Positions 11,882-26,545 of a DNA stretch of 64,000 nucleotides are shown here, piece after piece. The number at the start of each line of letters is the position of its first letter. The stretch's first letter is position 1. The notes beneath the pieces are model-generated. The model worked only from the letters and a program-made list of their open reading frames with translations, did not search any database and was not told the origin of the DNA. The translations under genes were made by a program, and so were the position numbers. The stretch covers positions 6,572,001 to 6,636,000 of the forward strand of contig NC_043013.1 of the NCBI RefSeq assembly GCF_006345805.1, written 5' to 3'. This DNA is from Octopus sinensis. Lineage: Eukaryota.

Positions 11882-12273
11882 CTAGCAGTATCGCCCGGCG
11901 TTGCTCGGGTTTGTAAGGGAAATAACTATAAAGCATTTTTAGAGAGTTATAGCCAAAAAACAGCAAAAAATGCATTAAAAATCGAAAAAAAATTATGGTA
12001 AATTTTTTTTTAAATCATTGACTCATCGTAGACATTTTTAGAGAGTTACTTCCCTTTATTTAAAAAATATGCTTTAAAATGGAAAAAAAGTATGGTAAAT
12101 TATTTTTAAAATCGTAGACTCATCGTAGACGCGCGCTAATACCCAGAAGGGCTCGATATGAATCCCGACTATAAGATATCCGGTTTTGGTTAAACTGCAC
12201 CGCAAAATGTGGGAGTAGTTAGGAATCTAAATCGTAGGAGACAGACACACAACTTCACTTTTATATATAAAGA
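11882..12273 (-). mobile_element. Non-autonomous Helitron (duplicate of 7422-7813)
   Basis: Same TC...hairpin-CTAG termini and A/T target. Confidence 0.82.
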
Positions 12274-13359
12274 TATGGTATTTCTCAAGCCGTATCTTCA
12301 TCCTGACTTGTTCTTAACTACCCCCCCCCCCCTTTCTCTCCCTATGTCCGTCCACCACCTCCAATCCCATTTCCTCTCTCTTCTCTGTAAACCCTTATAT
12401 TTGTTAACTCACGTAAATGGCTCGCGTTTACCACATTACTCTCAAAAAGGGATGCTTAACTTATTTTAACAATTTTATCTCAACTTGTCGCTGGTCACAC
12501 ACTTATAACAGCATGCACATATTACTTATAAATATAGTTATTACTTAAGTTATGGCCATCTTGAAACAGCTGTCGAGATAAGACTCTACATAATTTTCGC
12601 TTTATTATATAATCTGTATTTTGTGCCTCATGTAAACGTGTTTCAAGTCTAATCGTGTTTATCATTTATCTACTTTACCTCTTTTTCTCTCTATGTGCGT
12701 GTGTGTTTGTGTACAGAAAGAGTGGTTAAGTGGTTATGTATGTATGTATAAGTGTGTGTGTGTGAATGTGTATGTATGTATGTATGTATGTATGTATGTG
12801 TGTATATATGTATGTATGTGAGTGTGTTTTTGTGTCTGTGTTCGTATCCCATCCCCGCTTGACAAACGATACTGGTGTGTTTACGTACCCGTAACTTAGC
12901 GGTTCAGTATAAGAGACCGGTAGAATAAGTACTAGGCTTCAAAATTACTAAACACTGGGGTCCATCTTTTTGACTAAAACCCTTCAAGGACGCAAAAACG
13001 TTGCAATTTTCCAGCTGAGTAGGCTGGAACATAGCGCTCAGGACTGGAACATAGCGCTTAGAAGCATAACAATGTAATATGAAATTAGTGGTACGTCTCT
13101 GAATATTCATTCTTAACAAAATACAAAACGAGGCAGACTGGAACGAAATATGTCTAATATATATATCTGTCTATCTATTTACATAACAACTACTGTACTT
13201 TCCTGTTTATAAGAGAACGAAAAGCTCTTTGTGAGAACATTTTAAGAGAATTGGAGCACATTTACATTTGTTTACATATAAAAAGCGTGAAGCTTATACT
13301 TTGTGTTAATTCATTCAGTCCCTCTGGTAGACCGTGTGCTAATTTCTACTTCCAAATAG

Positions 13360-13766
13360 TTTTTTTTTTTTTTTTTTTACTTGTTTCAGTCATTTGACTG
13401 CGGCCATGCTGGAGCACCGCCTTTAGTCGACCAAATCGACCCCGGGATTTATTCTTTGTAAGCCCAGTACTTATTCTATCGGTCTCTTTTTGCCGAACCG
13501 CTAAGTTACGGGGACGTAAACACACCAGCATCGGTTGTCAAGCAATGCTAGGGGGACAAACACAGACACAGAAACATACATACATATATATACATATATA
13601 CGACAGGCTTCTTTCAGTTTCCGTCTACCAAATCCACTCACAAGGCATTGGTCGGCCCGGGGCTATAGTAGAAGACACTTGCCCAAGATGCCACGCAGTG
13701 GGACTGAACCCGGAACCATGTGGTTGGTTAGCAAGCTACTTACCACACAGCCACTCCTGCGCCTAT
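13360..13766 (-). mobile_element. Full-length family A SINE with poly(A) end
   Basis: Reverse complement of 6642-7085; absent from copy 1 of the duplicated block at ~8895. Confidence 0.9.
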
Positions 13767-14154
13767 AATTACTTTCCTTTAATTACTTTCTAATTATATT
13801 CATAATACATCATGCATGATAGGATTCTATTGTTAATTTAACGATTGCAATTTCATGTTTCCACCCTATCTGTGTGTGAGCGGAGAGATAGATAGAGGGG
13901 GGGGGGTTAAGAGAGAGAGAGAGAGAGAGAGGACGGAGAGGGAAAGTGGGAGAGAGATGGAGGGAATTTTATGGGACATATATTAATTTTATGGGACATA
14001 TATTAATTTTATGGGACATATATTAATGAATAAACGCTTTTCGTATGTAATTTAAATGAACTATTAATTAAAGCTTGAAATACGAAAAAACTTTTATCAC
14101 ATGTATATATATATATTTGGAAATGGATGCGTGGCGTTCAGTCATATAATAATA

Positions 14155-15339
14155 CTAGCAGAGTTACCCGGCGTTGCCCGAGTTACATACAATTGAAGAA
14201 TTAGACTTTTCTGTTATATTTTCTGTAATGAACTGGAATACCTATGTTTCGAATTTCACCAAAATTGCAGATGAGGGTTATTTCCCTCTTTACACATCCA
14301 AACAAAATTGCAATCGTGCCACATGCATCCCATACTACTGATTTTTATGCGCATATTCCAAAATTCCAGTCTTATAAAACCTCTTAAAAAGATTTTGCTC
14401 CTGAAAAATGGAGGTCATGGAGCTCTAAAATGTGAGAGTTATTGGGGGTGGGAATCTTAATGTCAACCAGAGAAATTGAATTGTTGAGAATCTTTTTAAT
14501 TTGGGTCTAATATCTATTGTTTGGATTTCTTTGAAATAGGAAATATATGTTCACTGGGTTTGTAAAAGAGAGCAAAGGAAACCAAAAGACGAATGATCAC
14601 AATAAGCAGTCAGTTACCCTACCCTAGTCGTTACCACTTCCAACGTAGGATTCCTCACCGTCCAGGTGACAGGCACAGCCGTAAGATGCATTACGAATCT
14701 ATAGCATTTGGAGGGGCGTGACCCAACTGAAAGAAACATTAACAACTGTGTGACATGAGATCTAAGGAGAAATGAAAGTTGGAGTTTGCAAATGACCACT
14801 ATATTGATACGTAACTGGACAGAATAAAAATACAATCTATAAATGTCTTTGAATAACCAGTCACTCATCTTGGAAGGCCTTCAAATCAATGTTACCATGT
14901 GGGGACTATGTGTGACCCAGTGATAATAAAAAGACTAAAGGGAGATCTGCAATCAAATAACTTTACTCAACACTTTGCAACTGAATCAGTGGAGGCAAAG
15001 ATGCCTCTCATTTACTTGACAAATTATGCAGCACATTGCAGAAATCACAATCTAAGCGTATGTCAAAGCGTTTTTGCTTAGATAAAATGACAAAATTGTG
15101 GAGGGGTCTTTCTAACTTGTAAGAAGATGAAATTTTATAAATATTACTTAATTTGTGTCTAATATCTATAGTTAAAATTTCATCAACAGCAAAGTTATAT
15201 GAATTGTCATGGGGGTTATGGCCCTTATGCGTAGAATATAATTTCCAAATTTCATAAAAATCCATTCAGTACTTTTGACCTAGTTATGGATCATAATAGA
15301 AATGACTAAAATTCGGGAGTTAAGACTCCCATTACGGTG

Positions 15340-15405
<66 letters not shown>

Positions 15406-15407
15406 GA
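14155..15407 (-). mobile_element. Helitron-like element, possibly with a helicase remnant
   Basis: Plus starts ACTAG..CCCGGCGTTGCCCGAG (3' end hairpin) and ends (TA)n-GA. Minus ORF 14614..14868 has SHVTQLLMFLSVGS, a weak echo of PIF1 motif SHGQLYVALSRV. Right boundary uncertain. Confidence 0.55.
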
Positions 15408-15418
15408 TAGATAGATAG

Positions 15419-15484
<66 letters not shown>

Positions 15485-15529
15485 TACACACGCACACACA
15501 CATACAAAGATAAATTGATAGATACAACT

Positions 15530-15775
15530 GATTGGGCAAACAAAAATATGAGACACAACCTAGTGCTTTGTTTTATGTTGATAAGCCTGGTACTTATTCT
15601 AATAGTTTGTTCTTGTGAAACCAGTATGCTATGTGGATGTAAATAAATGAACAGCAGTTGTGAAGCAGTGATGAGGGCGAAGCACAGAAACAAAGACATA
15701 CACATAGACTTACATATATACATACATATATATACGATTAATTTGTTTCAGTTCCTTTCTACGAAATCCATATAT
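15530..15775 (-). mobile_element. Highly diverged family A SINE fragment
   Basis: GTACTTATTCTA..GTAAA..CAG..GTTGT.AAGCAGTG..CACAGA..TTTCAGTT....CTAC.AAATCCA. Confidence 0.6.
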
Positions 15776-15779
15776 ATTG

Positions 15780-17675
15780 TTGTTGGCATCCTTTTTGTCT
15801 CAGGTGGAGTTGCGCATAAAATAATCTAGTCTGGCTTTTACATTTAATGTCCTGATACATCTCCTGCTGTGGCTGTGTAGTCCTATCCTGGAAAAACACT
15901 CCCTCTGGCAGGTGCCGCAAATGTAGCGAAAACTTTGCCTGGCTGGTTGTAATGTCTTAGTTTCTTGTTGACGTCTTTTCTTGTCTTTCCATTTCTCCTC
16001 TCTCTCTCTCTATGTCACTCTTTTGTGTTCCCTCTTTTATGGTACGTCGCCAATCTCCACGGTTGCTGGCAACTGCTTCCCAGTTGATGTTTCAGGTATT
16101 CATGTCCCTTTTGAAAACATCCTTGTATCGTAAGAACAGTCTTCCCACAGACCTAGCAAGCTCTCCGTAGAGTATGTCCTTGAGGATTCTGCCATCTTCC
16201 ATACGGCTAACATGTCCAAGCCATCTCATACGTCTTTGTGTGAGGAGTGCAAACATGCTTAGTATTCCTGCTTGCTTGAGGACATCTTTGTTGGGGACAT
16301 GATTCTGCCATCTGATGCGAAGGATTTTCCAGAGGCAGCGCAAATGAAAGATATTTAGTCGACGATCTTGGCTTGTGTATGGTGTCCAAGTCTCACTTCC
16401 ATACTGTAGAGTGCTAAGTACACATGCCTGGTAAATCAGCTTATTGTTGTCCCATGGCCATTTGGAGATTTGGGCCATCACAGCAGCTGCCTTGCCAATG
16501 CGTATATTGAGCTCAGCATCAAGGGATAGGTTGTAGGTGACGGTAGAGCCAAGATAGGTAAACTTCTCTACCTTCTGGTCTCCAATATATATGTTTAGGA
16601 TGTCTGATGTAGCCCGACCCATGATGTTGGTCTTCTTGAGGCTGATAACTAAGCCAAAGTCGCTATATGCTAGCTCAAAACAGTCGATGAGCCTTTGTAG
16701 AGCTTCTTCTGTGTGTGATACCAGAGCGGCATCATCAGCAAATACTATCTCCTTGATCAAGACGCTTCTGATTTTGTTCTTGGCACGCAGACGCGAGAGA
16801 TTGAACAGTTTCCCGTCACTTCTACTGTGCAGAAACACTCCATCATCTGATGTCTCAAAGGCATGTGACAGCAGCAGCGAGAAGAAGATGCCAAATAATG
16901 TAGGAGCAAGGACACAACCTTGCTTTAGCCCGCTTTTTATTTGGAAGCCGGCTGATGTTGAACCATTGTGCTGTATGGTGCCTTGCATGTCATCATGGAA
17001 AGATTCGATGATCCTCAGCAGCTTTGGTGGACATCCGATTTTTTGGAGCAGGATGAAAAGGCCTTTTCTACTTACCAAGTTAAAGGCCTTTGTCAGATCA
17101 ATGAAGGCCATATATAAGGGCATTTTCTGCTCTCTGGACTTCCCCTGAAGTTGGTGTATGGAGAATATCATGTCAATAGATGATCTGCTTCTTCTAAAGC
17201 CACACTGCGATTCTGGATAAATTTGAGAAACAAGCAGTTGTAGCCTGGACAGGATAACGCGAGCAATGGTCTTTCCAACAGTGCTTAGAAGAGATATTCC
17301 ACGGTAATTGTTACAATCACCACGGTCACCTTTGTTTTTGTAAAGCGCGTAATGATGTTAGCATTCCGCATATCCTGAGGGACTGTACCCTCTTACCAGC
17401 ACTGACACAGAAGCTCATGAAGGTGCCAAAGCAGGATGATGTTTTTGCCGGTTTTGATGATCTCTAAGGGGATGCCGTCTTTTCCCGGGGCCTTGTTACT
17501 TGCTAGGGAGTCAATAGCCTTGGTGAGCTCTGCTATAGATGGCGGACTGTCAAGTTCGCACATGACTGGCAAGATCTTGACACTCTCGATTGCAGCCTCA
17601 GCTACTGTGGTCTCCCGTGAGTAAAGATCCTGGTAGTACTCCACCCATCTATCCATTTGCTTGCTTTGGTCCTTG
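15780..17675 (-). mobile_element. 5'-truncated RTE-clade LINE (RT pseudogene)
   Basis: ORFs 17393..17656 (KAPGKDGIP) and 16092..17171 (FIDLTKAF, GLKQGCVLAPTLF, FADD, FTYLGS, RWLGHVSRMEDGR..LYGEL); frameshift and stop between them. Confidence 0.92.
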
Positions 17676-17684
17676 ATTAATCAA

Positions 17685-18275
<591 letters not shown>

Positions 18276-18599
18276 ACTGACTGGACAGGCCAACAGGTAT
18301 TCCACCTGAATGGAATACCTGTCCGTCGCAAGGTTATCTTTTCCAGCTCAGCAGACTGGAGGAACATGAAATGAGGTGTTTTGCTCAAGAGCAACATGCG
18401 TAGCCTAATCTGCGAATCGAAACCACTATCTTACCACTAGGGAAAATGGGACACATGCACATACACATTTTCCCTTCTTTCTTTCTCTGTGGCTATCTCA
18501 CTAGCGATCTCTGCAGAGCATCTGAAAAGAGATTAATGATATGTATATTGTGTGAGAAATTTCACTGTATAGTATTACTCATACATAGATAGACTGATA

Positions 18600-18800
18600 A
18601 TCTTTTGTACTCTATACACAAAGCCCGAAATTTTGGCGGGGGTGGCCAGTCGATTAGATCGACTCCAGTACGCAACTGGTACTTAATTTATCGACTCCGA
18701 AAGAATGAAAGACTAAGTCGACCTCGGCGGAATTTGAACTCAGAACGTAGTCAGACGAAATGCCGCCCGGGGTGCTAACGGTTCTGCTAACTTGCCGTCT
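18600..18800 (-). mobile_element. Family B SINE (Meta-domain-like core)
   Basis: GGTACTTAATTTATCGAC.CCGAAAG.ATGAAAG...AGTCGACCTCGGCGGAATTTGAACTCAGAACGT. Confidence 0.75.
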
Positions 18801-18817
18801 TAATTTTATACAAAATA

Positions 18818-20087
18818 CTAGCTGAAGGCGACCCGCTCTACGCGCGGGTAAGAGTGTGGTTTTTACCTTCTGTTGCTTCCTTTCAGCACGTAAAAAGCAC
18901 CATCCGAACGTGGCCGATTGCAGCGCCGCCTTGACTGGCTTCTGTGCCGGTGGCACGTAAAAAGCACCAACCGATCGTGACAGCTGCGAGCTCCCCTGGC
19001 ACCTATGCCGGCGGCACGAAAAAAGCACCCACTACGCTCACAGAGTGGTTGGTGTTAGGAAGGTCATCCACCTGTAGAAACACTGCCAGATCAGACTGGA
19101 GCCTGGTGCAGCCCCCTGGCTTCCCAGACTCCGATCAAACTGTCCAACCCGTGCTAGCACGGAAAACGGACGTTAAACGATGATGATGATGATGATTCTT
19201 CCTCTTTGTTTCTCTCTCCTTTCTCTCTCACTTTCCCCACTCTCTTACTTTTCTTTTCTCTCGGACTCTCCCTCGCTTTCTCTTACTCTCTATCTTTATC
19301 TATCTCTCTCCCATTTATAAACAACAAAAGATCTTGAGTAAGTTGAGAAATAAAATATTTAGAAAGATCAATCATAAATATCAGGCAGTAACAACGGAAA
19401 GGTCTGCTTCAAGGCAGACAGCAAAACACTAACATTTAAAAGGGACAGACGAACTTGCGAGCTGAATAAAAATAATAAAATATTGGAAACCAAAGTTTGA
19501 AGGGACAGACGAACTTGCGAGCTGAATAAAAATAATAAAATATTGGAAACCAAAGTTTGAAGGGACAGAATGTGAAAATAGTAGAGTCAGCATGGCTGGC
19601 ATTTCTTAACGACGGACAGCAACGTTTTGACAGTTTAACGGCTAGCGTAAAATTTTGAACTTGATGTAAAAGAAAATTCGTAAACACCAAGTTTTGAAGT
19701 GATTCTTTCTCACGACAGTAGACTCACCATGGCAAGCATTCAAAACTTCATCATGGACGGCAACACATTGACGATTAAAAGGCTGGCGCAAATTTTTTAG
19801 CTTGATGTAACAGAGAATTGCTAAACACTCGCTCCTTTAAATTTTAATACCCTTCCAGCCCCATTTAGACCCCTTTTCACATTTTGGTTAATATAACCCG
19901 ATTTCATTCGCGTCTACTGGGGCCACATTTTATAAGATGAGGAATTTTGTCCTACAGGTGACGCCTTTCATTTGAGAACAAAAATAGTTTTCATGCAAAC
20001 TTGCCAGCACTTTTAACATAGGTGTGCATATTTTCAGCTGAATCGACCGACTACGTAATGCACACATTATATATATATATATATGTG

Positions 20088-20130
<43 letters not shown>

Positions 20131-21094
20131 ACGCATTATATATACAAATGTATACAAATGAGATATATATCTGTATAAATTAAATTAGAGATAAAACCAC
20201 TAATAGGCAAATCAAACAGTGAAAACCAAAAACAAAAACATTAAAAAAAATATATAATATATAAAATATATAATATATAAAATATATAAAATATAAAATT
20301 GAAAAATTTAAATTATTTAAATTGAAAATAAAAATTATTAAATTATATTTATAATTTGTTTAAAAATATATATAACTATGAAAAAGTATGAAAAAGTTTA
20401 ATATACATAAATACAGATATATACACTTTGTATATATATGCATTATATATACATATTTATATATAAAACACACACACACATACATTATATATACATATTT
20501 ATATATAGAACACACACACACATATAAATGAACGCAAGAATATATGATTCATAATATTTGTTCTCATGATTGTGTGTTGTTGGTAGCGATGATAATTCTC
20601 CCTATGAATGCAAACAGATACATCAAAGAAAGCCGCCTGACGAACTTATAAAGGGAAAGTGAAAGGGAGTTGAGGAAAAAAAATAGTTGTCATGCAAACT
20701 TGCCAGCACTTTTAACATAGGTCTGCATCTATGCATGTGTGTGTGTGTATGTATGTGTATGTATGTGTGTGTATGTATGTGTGTGTATGTATGTGTGTGT
20801 GTATGTATGTAGGGAAAGTGAAAGGGATTTGAGGGGAATACATTAAATAACAGGAGTGGCATTCTCAAAGTTATATATGAAGGGGAGTAAGAGAGGGAAA
20901 GAAGGAAAGAGCATGAATGAGGAAGATGGCCCCTAGCAACCACACCTTTCAAGCTAGGGATTTCTAAGGTAGCCCACGAGCATCGTCACCTCATTTTACA
21001 TGTCCCTGTAAATTTTGGAGCGAATCGGACGGGACGTAGTGGCATTGAAAGCGATCCAAGCGGTAAAAATGCATTTCAGTTTTATATATAGAGA
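18818..21094 (-). mobile_element. Non-autonomous Helitron, copy 1 of a tandem pair; carries a family D SINE (18885-19195)
   Basis: Plus starts CTAG + hairpin ACCCGC-TCTACGC-GCGGGT and ends TTTTATATATAGAGA (5' TC on minus). Confidence 0.85.
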
Positions 21095-22487
21095 CTAGCT
21101 GAAGGTGACCCGCTCTACGCGCGGGTAAGAGTGTGGTTGTTACCTTCTGTTGCTTCCTTTCAGCACGTAAAAAGCACCATCCGAACGTGGCCGATTGCAG
21201 CGCCGCCTTGACTGGCTTCTGTGCTGGTGGCACGTAAAAAGCACCAACCGATCGTGGCCGTTGCCAGCCCCCCTGGCACCTGTGCCGGCGGTACGAAAAA
21301 AGCACCCACTACGCTCACAGAGTGGTTGGCGTTAGGAAGGGCATCCACCTGTAGAAACACTGCCAGATCAGACTGGAGCCTGGTGCAGCCTCCTGGCTTC
21401 CCAGACCCCGGTCAAACTGTCCAACCCGTGTTAGCACGGAAAACGGAGGTTAAACGATGATGATGATGATGATGATTCTCCCTCTTTGTTTCTCTCTCAC
21501 TTTCCCCATTCTCTTACTCTTCCTTTCTCTCGGACTCTCAGACGAACTTGCGAGCTGAATAAAAATAATAAAATATTGGAAACCAAAGTTTGAAGGGACA
21601 GAATGTGAAAATAGTAGAGTCAGCATGGCTGGCATTTCTTAACGACGGACAGCAACGTTTTGACAGTTTAACGGCTGGCGTAAAATAATGGACGGCAACA
21701 CATTGACGATTAAAAGGCTGGCGCAAATTTTTTAGCTTGATGTAACAAAGAATTGCTAAACACCCGCTCCTTTAAATTTTAATCCCCTTCCAGCCCCATT
21801 TAGACCCCTTTTCACATTTTGGTTAATATAACGCGATTTCATTCGGGTGTACTGGGGCCACATTTTATAAGATGAGGAATTTTGTCCTAGAGGTGACGCC
21901 TTTCATTTGAGGAAAAAAAATAGTTGTCATGCAAACTTGCCAGCACTTTTAACATAGGTGTGCATCTATGTATGTGTGTGTGTGTGTATGTATGTGTATG
22001 TATGTGTCTGCATGCGTGTGTGTGTATGTATGTGTGTGTGTATGTATGTATTTCCATTGAGTCAACCTCATTATTTTCTACATAGCAGACCGTTACATAA
22101 ACAGGCAAAGGTACATACATACACACTCACACATACACACACATACACACACACATACATACACATACATAAATACATACATAGATACATACACACACAC
22201 ACATACATGCATACATACATATACACATACATGCATATACACGCATGCACTACAAAAACCGAGTAAAAAATTTCAGTTATCTATCTCTTTGGCCGTTTGT
22301 ATGAAATAGAGTGAGTATTGTGTGTTGGTGGTGGTGGTGGTGGTGGCGATGATAATTATCATTAGGAAAAAGAGTGAGTGATTGAGGAAGACATATACAT
22401 AATTTGTAGCGATGATAATTCTCCCTATGAATGCAGACAGATACATCAAAGAAAGCCGTCTGACGAACTTATAATGCACACATTATA

Positions 22488-22564
<77 letters not shown>

Positions 22565-23387
22565 TATATATGGTGTGTGTGTGTGTGTGTGTGCACGCAT
22601 TATATATACAAATGTATACAAATAAGATATATATCTGTATAAATTAAAATAGAGATAAAACCACTAATAGGTAAATCAAACAGTGAAAAACCAAAAACAA
22701 AAACATTAAAAAAAATATATAATATATAAAATATATAAAATATAAAATTGAAAAATTTAAATTATTTAAATTGAAAATAAAAATTATTAGATTATATTTA
22801 TAATTTGTTTTAAAATATATATAACTATGGAAAAGTATGAAAAAGTTTAATATACATAAATACAGATATATACACTTTGTATATATACATTATATATACA
22901 TATTTATATATAGAACACACACACACATACATTATATATACATATTTATATATAGAACACACACACACACACACACATATAAATGAACGCAAGAATATCT
23001 GATTCATAATATTTGTTCTCATGATTGTGTGTTGGTAGCGATGATAATTCTCCCTATGAATGCAAACAGATACATCAAAGAAAGCCGCCTGACGAACTTA
23101 TAAAGGGAAAGTGAAAGGGAGTTGAGGGGAATACATTAAATACCTGGAGTGGACTTCTCAAAGTTATAGATGAAGGAGAGTAAGAGAGGGAAAGGAGGAA
23201 ATAGCGTGAGTGAGGAAGATGGCCCCTAGCAACCACACTTTTTAAGATAGGGATTTCAAAGGCAGCCCACGAGCATCGTCACCTCATTCTACATGTCCCT
23301 GTAAATTTTGGAGCGAATCGGACGGGACGTAGTGGCATTTAAAGCGATCCAAGCGGTAAAAACGCATTTCAGTTTTATATATAGAGA
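21095..23387 (-). mobile_element. Non-autonomous Helitron, copy 2 of the tandem pair; carries a family D SINE (21160-21475)
   Basis: Same termini; abuts copy 1 with no spacer (..GAGA|CTAG..); the pair sits between A and T. Confidence 0.85.
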
Positions 23388-23729
23388 TAGAGATTAAGGA
23401 AATTGAAAAAAAAAAGGAAATAATTAAAAAAGAATAAAAATATGACATCCAGAGTTATTTCCCTTACAAACTAAGGGAAGTAATTCTCAAAATTTGCGTT
23501 CATGATATAACAGACTTTTGATCACATGCAGTCCAGTTGTGAACAACATGTCTGCTTTCCAGTCATTGGACTACAATATTCAACATGCAATTGCCATTTT
23601 AAAAGAGAGTAAGGTCTAATGTTAAAGTGATTTGCTGTTATTTCTAGCGGTTTAAGCTACCATATACAGTCTCCAGCTTTGAATTGATAATATGTTATTG
23701 TTGCTCAACTCTAAGATTAGCAGACCTAT

Positions 23730-24090
23730 ACTCTTTTACTTGTTTTAGTCATTTGACTGTGGCCATGCTGCAGCACCGCCTTTAGTAAGCAATTCGATCC
23801 CAAGACTTATTCTTTGTAAGCTTAGTACATTGGCCAAACCGTTAAGTTACGGGGACGTAAACACACCAGCATCGGTTGTCAAGCGATGTTGGGGGACAAA
23901 CACAGACATACATATATACATACATATATACGACGGGCTAATTTCAGTTTCCGTCTATCAAAATCCACTCACAAGACTTTGGTCGGCCCGAGGCTAAAGT
24001 AGAAGACACTTGCCCAAGGTGCCACGCAGTGGGACTGAACTCGGAACCATGTGGTTGGTAAGCAAGCTACTTACCACACAGCCACTCCTA
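23730..24090 (-). mobile_element. Family A SINE
   Basis: Reverse complement of the family A sequence with a small internal deletion. Confidence 0.88.
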
Positions 24091-24866
24091 CGCGGTTAAA
24101 GTTGTTCCAGCTATGATCACCCCATATGCCACGATCATGCCTAGAATATACATCTTATCTATTGGAATCTTATTCTTCCAGATAAAAAGAAATATATAAA
24201 AAATTACTAGCATTTCTAGCATCTTGATTGACCGGATATAGGATCGTTCGTCGCTTTTGTTGACCTTGGATACGTGGAATTCACCGTTCATTGTCGGGCA
24301 TAAAATTTAAACTACAAATGTTCAAAGACAAAACGAATTATAAATGTTCTGGTCACTGGATTACAAACTTGTTTTCTTTTCCCACTACACTACTCCCTAA
24401 CATTGAATAAACGATGTATGTATGTATGTATGTATGTATGTATGTATGTATGTATGTATGTATGTATGTATGTATGTATGTGTGTATGTATGTATGTATG
24501 TATGTATGTATGTACTACGTACGTATGTACGTACGTATGTATGTATGTATGTATGTATGTATGTATGTATAAAATACAAAATGGGACGAGAACGCAAAAC
24601 ATCCGGACAACTAGGTGATACAAAAAGGGACAGCAAAACATCCATATAGACGCTACAAAAGAACAAAGACGGGTCATTCGAAGCTTTTTATCCTCAGTCA
24701 AGAACCGGATCATCCTCGCAATTTCGGCTGATTAATTTTGAGATTGCTCCAATCTGGCCAGCCCTAAGGAAAAACTAAGCTAAGAGCATTAGATTCCTTG
24801 GAAAAAAAGGCATCGAATGTATACGAAAACAAGGACGGAAAAACAGACGATGTTACACGAATATAA

Positions 24867-24955
<89 letters not shown>

Positions 24956-25639
24956 GGACATAACAACAGGTGACTTTCGACTGGGGACGAATTGAATCAG
25001 CTGGCGTGTGTGGAAATGAAGCCTTACGGCAGAGATACAAATCTTTCACTCTTCTTTTCTCACGTGACAGAGAGGCTAGACTGCTAGCCCTCTTTTTGCA
25101 TTTGATTGTGGTTACTGCTACATCGATGACCACAGCTGCATGGTTGAAACGAATAAAAGAAATAAAAAAGTATATTTGTAAGCTTTTTATAAGAATATTT
25201 GTAAGCATTTATAATCATTCTTTTCTAAAAAAAAATAATTGATTTCATAATCGGCTTGACGAATAAAAGAAATAAAAAGAATATTTAGAAGCATTTTTAT
25301 AAGAATATACATTTAGAAGCCTGTATAATCATTTTTTGTAAAAAATAATAATTAATTTCGTAATCGGCGTATTTTAGAGTTGCTTCCCTTATTTGTGTTA
25401 TTTAGAGTTATTTCCCTTGATATGCATGTTTTTTTTCTCGCATGTCCTTTCATGTCATTGAATGCCTACTATTTTTTTGTTACCTTTTCCTCGTTTGCCT
25501 TTTAATTACACATGTACAACACCAGCACTTTTGATGGGCGTGATACCTTGGCCTCCCGGGCTCCATTACTTCACTGGCATTTTATTTTATTTCCATCAGG
25601 CGAGAGAAAGGCAATGCAAACCTGGGTAGGATTTATATA

Positions 25640-25952
25640 TATATATCACATGATCACATGACCGACCAGACCATCAAATGTTGTTACACATCGCTGGTCA
25701 CAATGCGTTCGCATTGTTTTAGCCTTGGAATGACGCCACCCCGCTGGCTAACCGAGCAGGCCAACAGAAGAAAGTGTGAGAGAAAGTTGTGGGGAAAGAG
25801 TACAGCAGGGATCACCACCCCCTGTCGGAGCCTCGTGGAGCTTTAAGGTGTTTTCGCTCAATAAACACTCACAACGCCCGGTCTGGGAATCGAAACCGCG
25901 ATCCTACGATCGAAAGTCCGCTGCCCTAACCACTGGGCTATTGCGCCTCCAC
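25640..25952 (-). mobile_element. SINE with family C tRNA head and a different 3' region; TSD AGGATTTATAT
   Basis: Minus head GGAGGCGCAATAGCCCAGTGGTTAGGGCAGCGGAC..GGTTTCGATTCCCAGACC; AGGATTTATAT at 25628 and 25953. Confidence 0.8.
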
Positions 25953-26106
25953 AGGATTTATATCTAGAACATAAAATCCGATGGGATTAAGTGTGGTGGA
26001 TTGGCAGAAGCGCTAGAACGTCGGCCAAAGTACTTGTGATATTTCGCTGGCATTTTATGTTCTAGGATTTATATCTAGAACCTAAAATGTCAGCGAAGTA
26101 TATCCA

Positions 26107-26545
26107 TAGGCGCAGGAGTGGCTGTGTGGTAAGTAGCTTGCTAACCAACCACATGGTTCCGGGTTCAGTCCCACTGCGTGGCATCTTGGGCAAGTGTCTT
26201 CTGCTATAGCCCCGGGCCGACCAATGCCTTGTGAGTGGATTTGGTAGACGGAAACTGAAAGAAGCCTGTCGTATATATGTATATATATATATAAGTGTGT
26301 GTGAATATGTTTGTGTGTCTGTGTTTGTTCCCCTAGCATTGCTTGACAACCGATGCTGGTGTGTTTACGTCCACGTAACTTAGCGGTTCGGCAAAAGAGA
26401 CCGATAGATTAAGTACTGGGCTTACAAAGAATAAGTCCCGGGGTCGATTTGCTCGACTAAAGGCGGTGCTCCAGCATGGCCGCAGTCAAATGACTGAAAC
26501 AAGTAAAAAGAGAGTAAAAAGAGTAAAAAAGAGTAAAGAGTAAGT
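26107..26545 (+). mobile_element. Full-length family A SINE inserted in a palindrome arm
   Basis: Complete head, linker and tail with (AAAAAGAGT)n. Confidence 0.9.

Larger units (their letters stand above)
11683..13967. repeat. Duplicated block, copy 2
   Basis: Near-identical to 7228-9386; followed by a 20-bp unit AATTTTATGGGACATATATT x3. Confidence 0.93.

Noticed and set aside
24570-24870. Hammerhead on minus strand (CTGAGGA..GAAT) in a probable dispersed repeat
   Set aside because: No stem II pairing and GAAA is absent.
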